This document shows, in pieces, positions 1-8,469 of a DNA stretch of 59,640 bases. Positions within the stretch are counted from its first letter, which is position 1. Every line of letters begins with the position of its first letter. A model generated the notes under the pieces. The model was not told the DNA's origin and ran no database searches. It saw only the letters and a program-made list of their open reading frames with translations. The stretch is from Methanobacteriota archaeon (GTDB lineage: Archaea; JAADCQ01; Methanopyri; Methanopyrales; Methanopyraceae): contig JAMOPY010000036.1 of NCBI GenBank assembly GCA_027064305.1, positions 1 through 59,640 of the forward strand, read 5' to 3'. The position numbers and the translations under genes were made by a program.

Positions 1-2
1 CG

Positions 3-368
3 GTGGTCTGCGCGTTCGATCTGGAGGCGGCCGGGTGCGGGCTCACCGAGGCCCGGGCCGGGGACGTCGGGATGGAGGTGGTCTCGGCGACCGTCAGCTC
101 GACGACCCGGGCCCGGTACTACCCGGGGGGAGAGGACCTCACGGTGAAGCTCGTCGCCGACGCCCACACCCATCGGATCGTGGGCGCTCAGGCGGTGGGC
201 GGGGAGCGGGTGCGAGAGCGAGTGGACGCGATCGCCCTGGCGATCCGACTGGGAGCGAAGGTGGAGGACCTGCTGTCCTGGGACTACTCGTACTCCCCGC
301 CGGTGGGCCGCGTGGTGGAGCCCTTCTACGAGGCCGCAGAGCGGCTGCGGGAGGAGCTCCGAGGATGA
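3..368 (+). CDS. C-terminal (dimerisation) part of an FAD-dependent pyridine nucleotide-disulfide oxidoreductase (NADH oxidase/CoA-disulfide reductase family); 5'-truncated by the window edge
   Basis: GLTE..A, RARYYPG, IVGAQAVG, 'YSPP' motifs typical of the Nox/CoADR C-terminus. Confidence 0.85.
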   Translation: MVCAFDLEAAGCGLTEARAGDVGMEVVSATVSSTTRARYYPGGEDLTVKLVADAHTHRIVGAQAVGGERVRERVDAIALAIRLGAKVEDLLSWDYSYSPPVGRVVEPFYEAAERLREELRG

Positions 369-877
369 ACCCCACCCGTGACCTCCTCGCGGCCCTCTCC
401 TCCCTGGCCGCCCTCGTGGCGATGGAGTCGTTCACCGGGTTCTCCCTGGAAGCGTTGAAGTCGAAGTGGGCCCGCCACCCCGAGCTGCTGGCGATGCTAC
501 CGGCGCTGATGGACTTCCGAGGGAACATCGCCCTGGCCCACTCCTCCCGCATGACGACGGCCGAGCACCTGGGGGACTCCGACCGGGCGGTGGAGAGCAC
601 CGTGGCCGCCCTGCTCGCGAGCCTCCTCATCCCCCCGATCATCGCCCTGGTGACGCGCTGGTCTTACGGCGGCGACCTGGGCACCCTCGTCGCGGTCGCG
701 CTCCTGACGGTGGTCTCGGTGGCCGCGGTGGTGACCCCGGCCACGATCGGCGTGGTGCGGCTCTCCCTCCGGCTGGGCGCGGACCCGGACCGGGTGGCAC
801 CCGCCGTCACGACGGCGCTGTCGGACGTGCTCACGGTCGTCTTCCTGTTCACCCTGTCGGAGGTGATCCTCCTTTGA
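365..877 (+). CDS. MgtE-type divalent cation transporter membrane domain (first copy)
   Basis: ATG at 365 overlaps the previous stop; 'PALMDFRGNI..SSRMTT' and 'LGADPDRVA.AVTT..SD' MgtE membrane motifs. Confidence 0.8.
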   Translation: MNPTRDLLAALSSLAALVAMESFTGFSLEALKSKWARHPELLAMLPALMDFRGNIALAHSSRMTTAEHLGDSDRAVESTVAALLASLLIPPIIALVTRWSYGGDLGTLVAVALLTVVSVAAVVTPATIGVVRLSLRLGADPDRVAPAVTTALSDVLTVVFLFTLSEVILL

Positions 878-1386
878 GGCGCGGACTGGTGGGCGCGCTG
901 ACCTCCATGCTCACGGTGTCGGCCCTGCTGGCCGCCTGGAGCTCCTACGTGGGCTCCTTCCTCGCCCGCCTGGAGGCCAAGCTGGAGCACAACCCGGGGC
1001 TGGCCGCCGTGCTCCCCGTGCTCATGGCCGCGACCGGAGCCGCGGCGTCCTCCGTCGGCAGCAGCATCGCCACCCACGTGCACCTCGGCACGGTCAGCGC
1101 CCGCCGGGTCGCGTACGACACCGCCGTCCAGGGGTCCGCCCTGATCCTGGTCACGCTCGCGTACACGCTCGCGGTCACGCTCACGTTCTCCGGCCGATCC
1201 TCCCTGGTGACCACCGTCCTACTCTCCGCGACCCTCACGTACCTGCTCGCGGTACTCGTCGCGGTCATCTCCACCTTCGCGAGCGTGAGGCTGGGGCTCG
1301 ACCCCGACGACGTGGTGGGACCCGTCGTGACGACGGCGGCCGACTCCGCCGGCATCCTGATCACGCTGCTGCTGGCCCCGGGGTAG
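874..1386 (+). CDS. MgtE-type divalent cation transporter membrane domain (second copy)
   Basis: TTG at 874 overlapping the previous TGA; 'PVLMAATG', 'LGLDPDDVVGPVVTTAAD'. Confidence 0.8.
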   Translation: MRRGLVGALTSMLTVSALLAAWSSYVGSFLARLEAKLEHNPGLAAVLPVLMAATGAAASSVGSSIATHVHLGTVSARRVAYDTAVQGSALILVTLAYTLAVTLTFSGRSSLVTTVLLSATLTYLLAVLVAVISTFASVRLGLDPDDVVGPVVTTAADSAGILITLLLAPG

Positions 1387-1392
1387 GTCTCC

Positions 1393-2028
1393 TTGAGCGG
1401 GGAAGGGAAGGAAGAGGAGGAGAAGGACCTGAAGCGGATTGAGGATATTCTCAAGCGCCGGACCGTCGTCGACCTGCTGATCGAGATGAAGAACCTGGCG
1501 CAGCTCTCCGTGGACCTCTCCTACGCCGTCCTCCTGTCCGGGAGCGAGGAGCTGGCGGACGAGGTGAGCAGGATCGAGTCCCGGCTCGACGAGCTCTCCC
1601 TGGCCCTCCGAGCCAAGCTGGCGCTGGCGGTTCGGAGCGTGGAGGACGTGAAGCGGCTGCTCCCCATCATGGAGCTGGCACAGGCCATGGAGGTGATCAC
1701 CGACGCGGCCAACGATGTCGCCGAGACCGTCGCGATGGGGGCCGAACCCCACCCGATCGTGAAGGAGGCGATCGAGAAGTCCGAGGAGAAGTTCAAGCTG
1801 GTGCGCGTCGAGGAGGGGTCCGAGCTCGACGGCCGCACCCTGGGCGAGCTGAAGCTCGCCAGCGAGACGGGGATGCACGTGGTGGCCATCCGACGGGGAG
1901 AGACCTGGATCGTGGGGCCCGACAAGCACACCGAGATCCGGGCCGGGGACGTGCTCATCGTCCGCGGCCGAGAGGAGGGGTTTAAGCGGCTGAAGCGCCT
2001 CGCCAGGGGAGCCCGCGAGGGTGAGTGA
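1393..2028 (+). CDS. PhoU-like + TrkA-C (RCK C) domain protein
   Basis: 'EMKNLAQLSVDLSYA', 'MEVITDAA' then 'LDGRTLGEL...VVAIRRG...I.AGDVLIVRG'. Confidence 0.85.
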   Translation: MSGEGKEEEEKDLKRIEDILKRRTVVDLLIEMKNLAQLSVDLSYAVLLSGSEELADEVSRIESRLDELSLALRAKLALAVRSVEDVKRLLPIMELAQAMEVITDAANDVAETVAMGAEPHPIVKEAIEKSEEKFKLVRVEEGSELDGRTLGELKLASETGMHVVAIRRGETWIVGPDKHTEIRAGDVLIVRGREEGFKRLKRLARGAREGE

Positions 2029-2317
2029 GTGGAGGACCCGGCGCGAGAAGATCATTCAACTCCTGACGGAGTCCCGCGAGCCCCTGACCATCGACGAGAT
2101 CGCCGCCATGGTCGGCGAGGACGACCGGAGGAAGATCATCGAGGACCTGGAACACATCGCCAAGACCGTCCGAAAGGAGGGGAAGCGGCTCCTGATGGAA
2201 CCGGCCCGGTGCAACAAGTGCGGCTACGTGTTCAAGAGCGCCCGCGTTCGACCCCCCTCCCGGTGCCCCCGGTGCAAGTCCGAGTGGATTCAGCCTCCCC
2301 GATTCACCATCCGCTAG
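2021..2317 (+). CDS. HTH + Zn-ribbon predicted transcriptional regulator (COG3357-like)
   Basis: TRREKII..L, 'EDLEHIAKT', CxxCG...PSRCPxCKSEWI. Confidence 0.85.
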   Translation: MSEWRTRREKIIQLLTESREPLTIDEIAAMVGEDDRRKIIEDLEHIAKTVRKEGKRLLMEPARCNKCGYVFKSARVRPPSRCPRCKSEWIQPPRFTIR

Positions 2318-2907
2318 GCCTCCTCCCGGAGCAGACCCAGGTGAAGCTCCAGCCACCCTTCCCCGACGGGCACCCTCAGGTAATCACCCACCACCCGGGC
2401 CCGACCCACCGGCCTCACGCCGGACTCCGACGCCTCCACCACCTCCAGCCGCTCCGTCACCCCGATCATGCGGCCCGGGCGAACGAATCCCAGCGGTCGA
2501 CACCGCGCTCCGTCCACCTCCAGGTAACCCGACTGCAGGTTGAACGCGAGCCGATCCCACCGGATCCAAACGCCGTCCCTCTCCCCGGTCACGACCAGGC
2601 TCTCGTGCGTCCTGACCGTGAAGTTCCGACCGAAAAAGGCCAGGACGTACCGGCCCCCCACCCGCCGGATGTCCAGGTAGACCTCGCCCACCCGCCGGTG
2701 GGGAACCATCGAGGGGACGACGATCCCCCGGCCCACCTTCTGCACCCGAACCGGCTCCACCAGCGCCCCCTCCTCCGCGCGCACGGGCACCGCGTAGTAC
2801 CCGGCCCTCGACCTCACCGTCACCAGGCACATCGTCCGGAATTTCTCCAGCCCCGCCACCCTACCCAACTCCACGTACCCATCGTGGGAGCGCCTCATCA
2901 CCTCCAT
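2314..2907 (-). CDS. Hypothetical beta-rich protein
   Basis: Fills the gap between neighbours with typical codon usage; ATG at 2907 abuts the upstream gene stop. Confidence 0.55.
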   Translation of the reverse strand: MEVMRRSHDGYVELGRVAGLEKFRTMCLVTVRSRAGYYAVPVRAEEGALVEPVRVQKVGRGIVVPSMVPHRRVGEVYLDIRRVGGRYVLAFFGRNFTVRTHESLVVTGERDGVWIRWDRLAFNLQSGYLEVDGARCRPLGFVRPGRMIGVTERLEVVEASESGVRPVGRARVVGDYLRVPVGEGWLELHLGLLREEA

Positions 2908-2908
2908 C

Positions 2909-3721
2909 CTACTCCCGATCTCCGGGCCGTCGCACCGCACCGGAGGCTCCTGCACGTTCTCGGGGAGACGCAGCATCCAGCAGCTCCCCCTCGACCTCGA
3001 CGACCCTTTCCACGAGGTCCATCACGATCTCCGAGGTCCTCCCAGACACGACCGCAGGGCTCCAGCTGAACATCCGGTACCCGGAGTTCCTGGACGTCAG
3101 CACGCCCGCCGCCTCCAACGCGTCCAGGAGCCGGGTCCCCAGACTGAACCTGCGCAGGTCGGGGCACAGTCCCCGGAGGATCTCCGTGGCCGACAGGTAC
3201 TCCAGGCGCACCTTCCGCACGTCCCACCTCGCGATCCGACCCAGGACCGCGGACCCCGTCCTTCGCACGAACGCGCGCACGTTCCGCTCCATCTCCTCCG
3301 CCCGCAGCCCCTCGACCGCGGGACACACCCCGTGCGGGGGCCAGGAAGCCAGCTCGTTCCCGCCTCCCCGGTCCGACCTCACGAACTCAACTTCAACCCT
3401 CCGGTGCAGCCTCGAGGGTATGAAGTCCAGGAACACCTGAGAGTACACCAGCAGCCAGGCCTTCCGGACCCTCCTCATCAGCGCGGAGAGCACGTTGTGC
3501 ACCTTCGACCTCATCACGCGCAGCGGGTGCTCGTCCGAGCACCCCACCCACTCGTGCGCCGCCGGCACGTCGATGTGGCGCAGCACCAGCCTCTCCTCCG
3601 ACCCGACCTCGGACGTGATCCCGGAGAGCGAGGACGCGCGCGACGCGTCCAGAACCTCACCGTCCTCCGGGAGCGCCGGGGCGGGATCGTAGCACGGGGG
3701 GCAGACCACGACCCTGAGCAT
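2909..3721 (-). CDS. Hypothetical protein, possibly degenerate P-loop domain plus C-terminal winged helix
   Basis: Coupled to truA; 'LLDALEAAGVLTSR' resembles a wH recognition helix and wing. Confidence 0.55.
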   Translation of the reverse strand: MLRVVVCPPCYDPAPALPEDGEVLDASRASSLSGITSEVGSEERLVLRHIDVPAAHEWVGCSDEHPLRVMRSKVHNVLSALMRRVRKAWLLVYSQVFLDFIPSRLHRRVEVEFVRSDRGGGNELASWPPHGVCPAVEGLRAEEMERNVRAFVRRTGSAVLGRIARWDVRKVRLEYLSATEILRGLCPDLRRFSLGTRLLDALEAAGVLTSRNSGYRMFSWSPAVVSGRTSEIVMDLVERVVEVEGELLDAASPRERAGASGAVRRPGDRE

Positions 3722-3725
3722 GCCC

Positions 3726-4487
3726 TCAGCCCTCCCCACCGACCCTTAGTAATAACTTGCCCCCGTGCGGTATTATATCCGTGTGAGGGAACCAGCACTC
3801 GCACTCATCCAGATTGACCTCGCGGTACTCCACCCGCCAGAGCACCAGGCCCTCGGCGGGCAGGCACCGAGGCTTCTCCCCCGGTCCGTACTCGCCCGAC
3901 AGGAGCCGGTCCGCGTCCTCCGGCTCCCGGTGACCCCACCCCACCTCCCACACGAACCCCGCCATCCTCCGCACCATCTCCCACAGAAACCGCTCGGCCC
4001 GCACGCGCAGCACGTGAACCCCGGGCGCCCACTCGACGAGCTCGCACTCCTCGACCCGCACCCTCGGATCACGACCGTCCTCCCGACGGAACGCGGAGAA
4101 ATCGTGCTTCCCCGACAGCCTCCTCGCCGCCTCCTCGGCCGACTCCGGGTCCCTCAGCGGGCCCAGGAAGTACCGATACTCCTTCGCCACGGCGTCCCGC
4201 CTCGGGTCGAAGTCCGGGTTCACCCGAGCGGACGACACCACCCGGATGTCCTCCGGCAGCCGGGCGTTCAGGGCCCCTGGCACCGCCCGCTCGAGCTCGC
4301 CCCTCACCGTCACCACCTGGTACCGCGCGTGGGCCCCGGCGTCGGTCCTCGAGGCGTAGCCGACCAGCTCCAACCCCAGCTCCGACAGCGCGCGCCGCAG
4401 CTCCCCCTCCACCGTGGGCACGTCGGGCTGGTACTGGAACCCGTGGTAGTTGGACCCGTCGTAGGCGACCCGCAGGGCCGCCGGCAC
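3726..4487 (-). CDS. truA: tRNA pseudouridine(38-40) synthase
   Basis: 'VAYDGSNYHGFQYQP', catalytic 'SRTDAGAHA', 'G.HDFSAF', 'FLWEMVRR'. Confidence 0.93.
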   Translation of the reverse strand: MPAALRVAYDGSNYHGFQYQPDVPTVEGELRRALSELGLELVGYASRTDAGAHARYQVVTVRGELERAVPGALNARLPEDIRVVSSARVNPDFDPRRDAVAKEYRYFLGPLRDPESAEEAARRLSGKHDFSAFRREDGRDPRVRVEECELVEWAPGVHVLRVRAERFLWEMVRRMAGFVWEVGWGHREPEDADRLLSGEYGPGEKPRCLPAEGLVLWRVEYREVNLDECECWFPHTDIIPHGGKLLLRVGGEG

Positions 4488-4493
4488 CCGGGC

Positions 4494-5396
4494 CTACCCC
4501 GGCGGCTTGTACGGCAACCGCTTGAAAACCTCGATCATCTCCTCCCGGGAGACGAGCTCCCGATCCCCGAACCACACCCCGGGCTCCTCGACGATCTCCC
4601 CCGCCACGGTGAACGGGCAGTCCTCCTCGAACGCGATCTCGGCCGCCCGCTCCACGTCGTCCGGGTGGATGCACACCATGAAAACGCCCAGGTAGCCCGT
4701 CCAGGTGGAGTAAGGCATCGACCGCAGCACGACCCCGCGGCGGGCCTTACCCAGCATCTCCAACAGGTTCCCCAGGATCCCGCCCCGACTGGCGTCCTTG
4801 GCCGCGCTGATGTCGAGCCCCTCCCGGAGGAACCTTAGGAAGGCGTTGAACTTCACCCGGGCCCGCCGCACCCGCTCCCCCACCTCCCCGCGCACCGGCT
4901 CGCCCAGGAAGACCAGCTTGTCACCCGGTCGCGCCGTCCCGTCCGGGATCGGCTCCTCGGCGACGAGTCGGCCGATCACGGTCACGGACACGCACGGGAC
5001 GAGCTCCGGATGGGACTGCGTGTTCCCGCCCAGGATCCGGATCCCCAGCCCCTCCGCCTGCCGGTGCAGGTCCTCGAGGATCTCCTCCGCCTGCTCCTCG
5101 TCCTCCGCCTGCACGGAGTCGAAGGCCACCAGGGGCTCCCCACCCGTCACCACCACGTCCGCGGCCGAGTGAATGATCGCCGTCTTCCGCCCGATCTTCG
5201 CCGGGTACGGCCCCTCCATGTTGATAACCAGGCGCTCGCCGCCCACCTCCAGGACCGTCGCGTCGTCCCCCTGCAGCGGGCCCAGGAGCACCTCCCACTC
5301 CTCCGGGCCCTCCCGGAACAGCCGCCGGCAGAAGTTCGTCTCCTCGATGTGCTCCAGCAGCCGCTCCAGGTCCACCTCCTCCGGGAGCTCGCTCAA
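4494..5396 (-). CDS. AIR synthase-related (PurM/HypE/ThiL-like) protein
   Basis: 'GDDA', 'ADVVVTGGEP', 'ILGGNT', 'ARPGD', 'AAKDAS.GGI..NL.EM'; TTG start at 5396. Confidence 0.8.
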   Translation of the reverse strand: MSELPEEVDLERLLEHIEETNFCRRLFREGPEEWEVLLGPLQGDDATVLEVGGERLVINMEGPYPAKIGRKTAIIHSAADVVVTGGEPLVAFDSVQAEDEEQAEEILEDLHRQAEGLGIRILGGNTQSHPELVPCVSVTVIGRLVAEEPIPDGTARPGDKLVFLGEPVRGEVGERVRRARVKFNAFLRFLREGLDISAAKDASRGGILGNLLEMLGKARRGVVLRSMPYSTWTGYLGVFMVCIHPDDVERAAEIAFEEDCPFTVAGEIVEEPGVWFGDRELVSREEMIEVFKRLPYKPPG

Positions 5397-6568
5397 CCCC
5401 ACACCCCCGCGAGCCTCAGCGCCGTGGGCACGGCGAGCGCGGCGCTGCACACCGACGGATCCACGCCCCTCCTCAGCGCGTAAATCCCTATTCCCGAGCA
5501 GACCAGGCAGAGGCCCAGCGCGCCCGGCCCCCGGCCCGCCGACAGCGCCAGGAGCGCCAGGGTCACGACCACGGTCGCCACCTGGGCGCGGGCCCCGGTC
5601 AGCACCGCCCCGAAGACCCGCGAGGAGCGCACCAGCAACCACGTTCCGACCGGCAGGGTCGCGGCGTACAGGCCGGCGGCCTCCAACGCCTCCCCCCACG
5701 TCATCCCGCCCAGGTGCTCCTGCAGGAACACCGAGGCCCCGCTCCGAGGGTTGCCCAGCGCGTAGAGCGCGACGATGGAGGTGAGGTTGTCGGAGGCGTC
5801 CACCCCGGAGACCACCATGATGTACTCGTCCGCCCGCCGGATCCCCAGCCGCCGTAAGAGGGACACCACGTTCGCCGGCCCCAACCCGGGCAGCAGTCCT
5901 AGCACCACCCCGGTGAGCGTCCCCAGAACGCCGCAGCGGAGCAGGTCAACGCCGGAGACGCGCGGCCTCGCCCGACCCTGCCCCGGGATCTCGGGCCGGT
6001 TCAGCGCGCAGGAGAGCCCGGGACCGACCGCGTAAAACCCGGTCAGCATCGACTCGATCGGCCCCGGAACGTTCATCGAGCCCCACAGCAGGGCCAGGCA
6101 ACCCACGCCCGCGCTGGCCCCGGAGACCACCAGCCCGTCCAGCCCGTTGTCCACCGCCTGGACCCCGATCACCGCGAGCACGAGCGCGGGCACCGCCGGA
6201 CGGAGCGCCCCGTAAACCTTGGGTGCCACCCCGGACAGCGCCAGCACGAGCGGTGCGGTGATCAGGGCCGTCGACAGGGTGCCCAGGGCGGAGAGCCGGG
6301 CGGCCTCCTCCGCCCGGCCGGCGAGCGCGTACCGCTGAAACGGAACCAGCACGGCCGTCGTCGTCTGATCGTCCGGCACGCCCAGAAACATGCTTTCAAG
6401 CTTGGATACCGGGGCGTTGATCGCGGAAGCCGTCACGGCAAACGATAACAGGTCGTCACGACCCACCGGGCCCGGGTCGTACTCCGAGAAGAACGTGTTC
6501 GGGTGCAGCCCTGGAACGTACCCGGAGAGCACGCCGGCCAGCAGTCCTAAGAACGAGCCCCCGAGCAA
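5393..6568 (-). CDS. Archaeal TctA/DUF112-family membrane protein
   Basis: 'SG.VPGLHPN', 'FLGVPD', 'LPGLG', 'GNPRSG' motifs; many TM helices. Confidence 0.8.
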   Translation of the reverse strand: MLGGSFLGLLAGVLSGYVPGLHPNTFFSEYDPGPVGRDDLLSFAVTASAINAPVSKLESMFLGVPDDQTTTAVLVPFQRYALAGRAEEAARLSALGTLSTALITAPLVLALSGVAPKVYGALRPAVPALVLAVIGVQAVDNGLDGLVVSGASAGVGCLALLWGSMNVPGPIESMLTGFYAVGPGLSCALNRPEIPGQGRARPRVSGVDLLRCGVLGTLTGVVLGLLPGLGPANVVSLLRRLGIRRADEYIMVVSGVDASDNLTSIVALYALGNPRSGASVFLQEHLGGMTWGEALEAAGLYAATLPVGTWLLVRSSRVFGAVLTGARAQVATVVVTLALLALSAGRGPGALGLCLVCSGIGIYALRRGVDPSVCSAALAVPTALRLAGVWG

Positions 6569-6585
6569 TTAAACCCCTCCGGGGA

Positions 6586-7146
6586 GTGCCGGCCGAGATG
6601 TTGAAGCAGCTCTGGAACTCGTTTGCGGTGGGGATGGGAGCCGCCTGGATCCTGGGCCTGGTGGCCCTGCCGATCGCAACCCTGGGGGCGGTACCCACCC
6701 TACTGCTGCTGCTGACGGCCTCGCTCGTGATAGGGATGTCCGCGTACCGGACCCTCTCCCCCCTCTCGGCGACGATCCGAGGGGCGGGCCTACTGGCGCT
6801 GCTGCTGGTGAACCTGGCCCGACTCCGGTACCCGAACCCCCTCCTGGCGGCCGCCGTGCTGATCCCGCTGTTCTTCATCGACCGACGCTGGTTCCTGGCG
6901 GTCCTGGCCGCGTCCGGACTCGTGCTGATCCTCCGAGCCGTGGTGGAGTTCCACCTGGCGATGATGGAGGTGAACCCGGAGTACCGGGTCCGGGTCGCCT
7001 GGCTGGCCGAGCTCCTCTCCAGGATCTGGAGCGGAACGATGGAGTGGCTTCGGGAGCTCGTAACGGTCTCCCGGGCGCACGGGAGCGAGCTACGCGGCTC
7101 GCTGACGGTCTGGGGGAAGCGGCTGCTCCGGTGGGCGATGAGCTAG
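6586..7146 (+). CDS. Hypothetical membrane protein
   Basis: About five hydrophobic helices; fills the gap. Confidence 0.6.
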   Translation: MPAEMLKQLWNSFAVGMGAAWILGLVALPIATLGAVPTLLLLLTASLVIGMSAYRTLSPLSATIRGAGLLALLLVNLARLRYPNPLLAAAVLIPLFFIDRRWFLAVLAASGLVLILRAVVEFHLAMMEVNPEYRVRVAWLAELLSRIWSGTMEWLRELVTVSRAHGSELRGSLTVWGKRLLRWAMS

Positions 7147-7209
7147 GGGCGCGTCCGCGGTCCAATCGTCATCATCGATCAGCAGCGCGGGACGTCGTCA
7201 TCCGCGCCC
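7147..7209 (-). ncRNA. Box C/D guide sRNA
   Basis: gggcgcg-g-AUGACGA-cgucccgcgcug-CUGA-ucg-AUGAUGA-cgauuggaccg-CGGA-cgcgccc; 7-bp terminal stem, 11-12 nt guides. Confidence 0.88.
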
Positions 7210-8469
7210 GTCCCAGTCCACGAGCACGTCGTCCACCAGCATCTTACCCTCCGGGACGTTCTTACGCACGACCGCGCCCGGGGCCGTGGCCGCGTACGGA
7301 CCGAGCTTCCGACCCGGGAGGATCGAGGTGTTGATCCCTGTCTTCACCCCGTCCCCGAGCACCGCCCCGAACTTCCGGCGACCCGTATCTTCCAGCTCGC
7401 CCTTCACGACCACCCTCACGTTCCGCTCGTCGTGCCGGAGGTTGGCGATCACCGTGCCGGCACCCAGGTTGCACTCGGCCCCGATGACGCTGTCCCCGAC
7501 GTAGGAGAGGTGACTCACGTTCGTGCCCTCCATGACGATCGAGTTCTTGATCTCCACCGCCTGCCCCACGCGCACGTTCCCGACCAGCGTCGTGGCGGGC
7601 CGCACGTAGCAGTTGGGACCCAGCTCGCACCCCGGCCCGATGTACGCGGGCCCCTCCACGACCGTGCCCGGCCTGAGCACGGCACCCTCCGCCACCCACA
7701 CCGGGCCCCGGAGCTCGACGCCCTCCTCCACGACCCCCTCCACCTCCGGCCGGCCCATGACGTTCCTGAGCGCCCACTCGTTCGCGTCCAGCAGGTCCCA
7801 CGGCCGACCCACGTCCAGCCAGTACACGTCCTGCGGAACGCCCTTGACCCCCTCCTCCCGCGCCGCCGCCAGCAGCGCGTCCGTGAGCTCGAACTCGCCC
7901 CTCGGGGACAGCCTCACCTCCTCCAGATACCGCCCGAACTCCGGCTCCAGCACGTACACGCCCGCGTTCGCCAGGTTCGAGGGTGCCTCCCCAGGATCCG
8001 GCTTCTCCACCAGCTCCCGCACGTACCCGTCCTCCAACCTCACCACGCCGAACTCGGAGGGATCGTCCACCTCCACCAGGGCCATCGAGGCGATACCCTC
8101 GTGCTCCTCCACCGTCCGCTCCACGAGCGCGGGATCGAACACCAGGTCACCGTTCGTCACGAGCACGGGCTCGTCCGGATCCACCTCCCGCCACGCCACG
8201 TACACGGCGTGCGCCGTCCCCAGCGGCTCCCCCTGCCTAACGAACGAGAGCTCGACCTCGCCACCCCACCGATCCTCCACGTACCGTTCCACCTCCTCCG
8301 CCCGGTACTCCGTAACCACCACCAGCCGCTCCACACCCACACCCACCAGTGCCTCGATGGAGAAATCGATCAGCCTGCGGTCCGCCACCGGCAGCAGCAC
8401 CTTAGGTCGAGTCCGCGTCAGCGGCCGCATCCGCGTTCCCTCACCGGCGGCGAGCACGACGCCGATCAT
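7198..8469 (-). CDS. glmU: Bifunctional sugar-1-phosphate nucleotidyltransferase/acetyltransferase (archaeal GlmU)
   Basis: 'LAAGEGTRMRPLT..RPK', 'EKP', hexapeptide repeats, 'HLSYVGDS', 'TGRRKFGA'; next to glmM. Confidence 0.88.
   Translation of the reverse strand: MIGVVLAAGEGTRMRPLTRTRPKVLLPVADRRLIDFSIEALVGVGVERLVVVTEYRAEEVERYVEDRWGGEVELSFVRQGEPLGTAHAVYVAWREVDPDEPVLVTNGDLVFDPALVERTVEEHEGIASMALVEVDDPSEFGVVRLEDGYVRELVEKPDPGEAPSNLANAGVYVLEPEFGRYLEEVRLSPRGEFELTDALLAAAREEGVKGVPQDVYWLDVGRPWDLLDANEWALRNVMGRPEVEGVVEEGVELRGPVWVAEGAVLRPGTVVEGPAYIGPGCELGPNCYVRPATTLVGNVRVGQAVEIKNSIVMEGTNVSHLSYVGDSVIGAECNLGAGTVIANLRHDERNVRVVVKGELEDTGRRKFGAVLGDGVKTGINTSILPGRKLGPYAATAPGAVVRKNVPEGKMLVDDVLVDWDGRG

Noticed and set aside
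365-1386. Two short MgtE-like ORFs as a frameshifted pseudogene
   Set aside because: Each has a full membrane-domain motif set and they are joined by a TTGA start/stop overlap; separate MgtE-domain genes are common in archaea
4494-5396. AIR-synthase-like gene as selenophosphate synthetase (selD)
   Set aside because: Lacks the N-terminal (U/C)xxK motif and has no SECIS nearby
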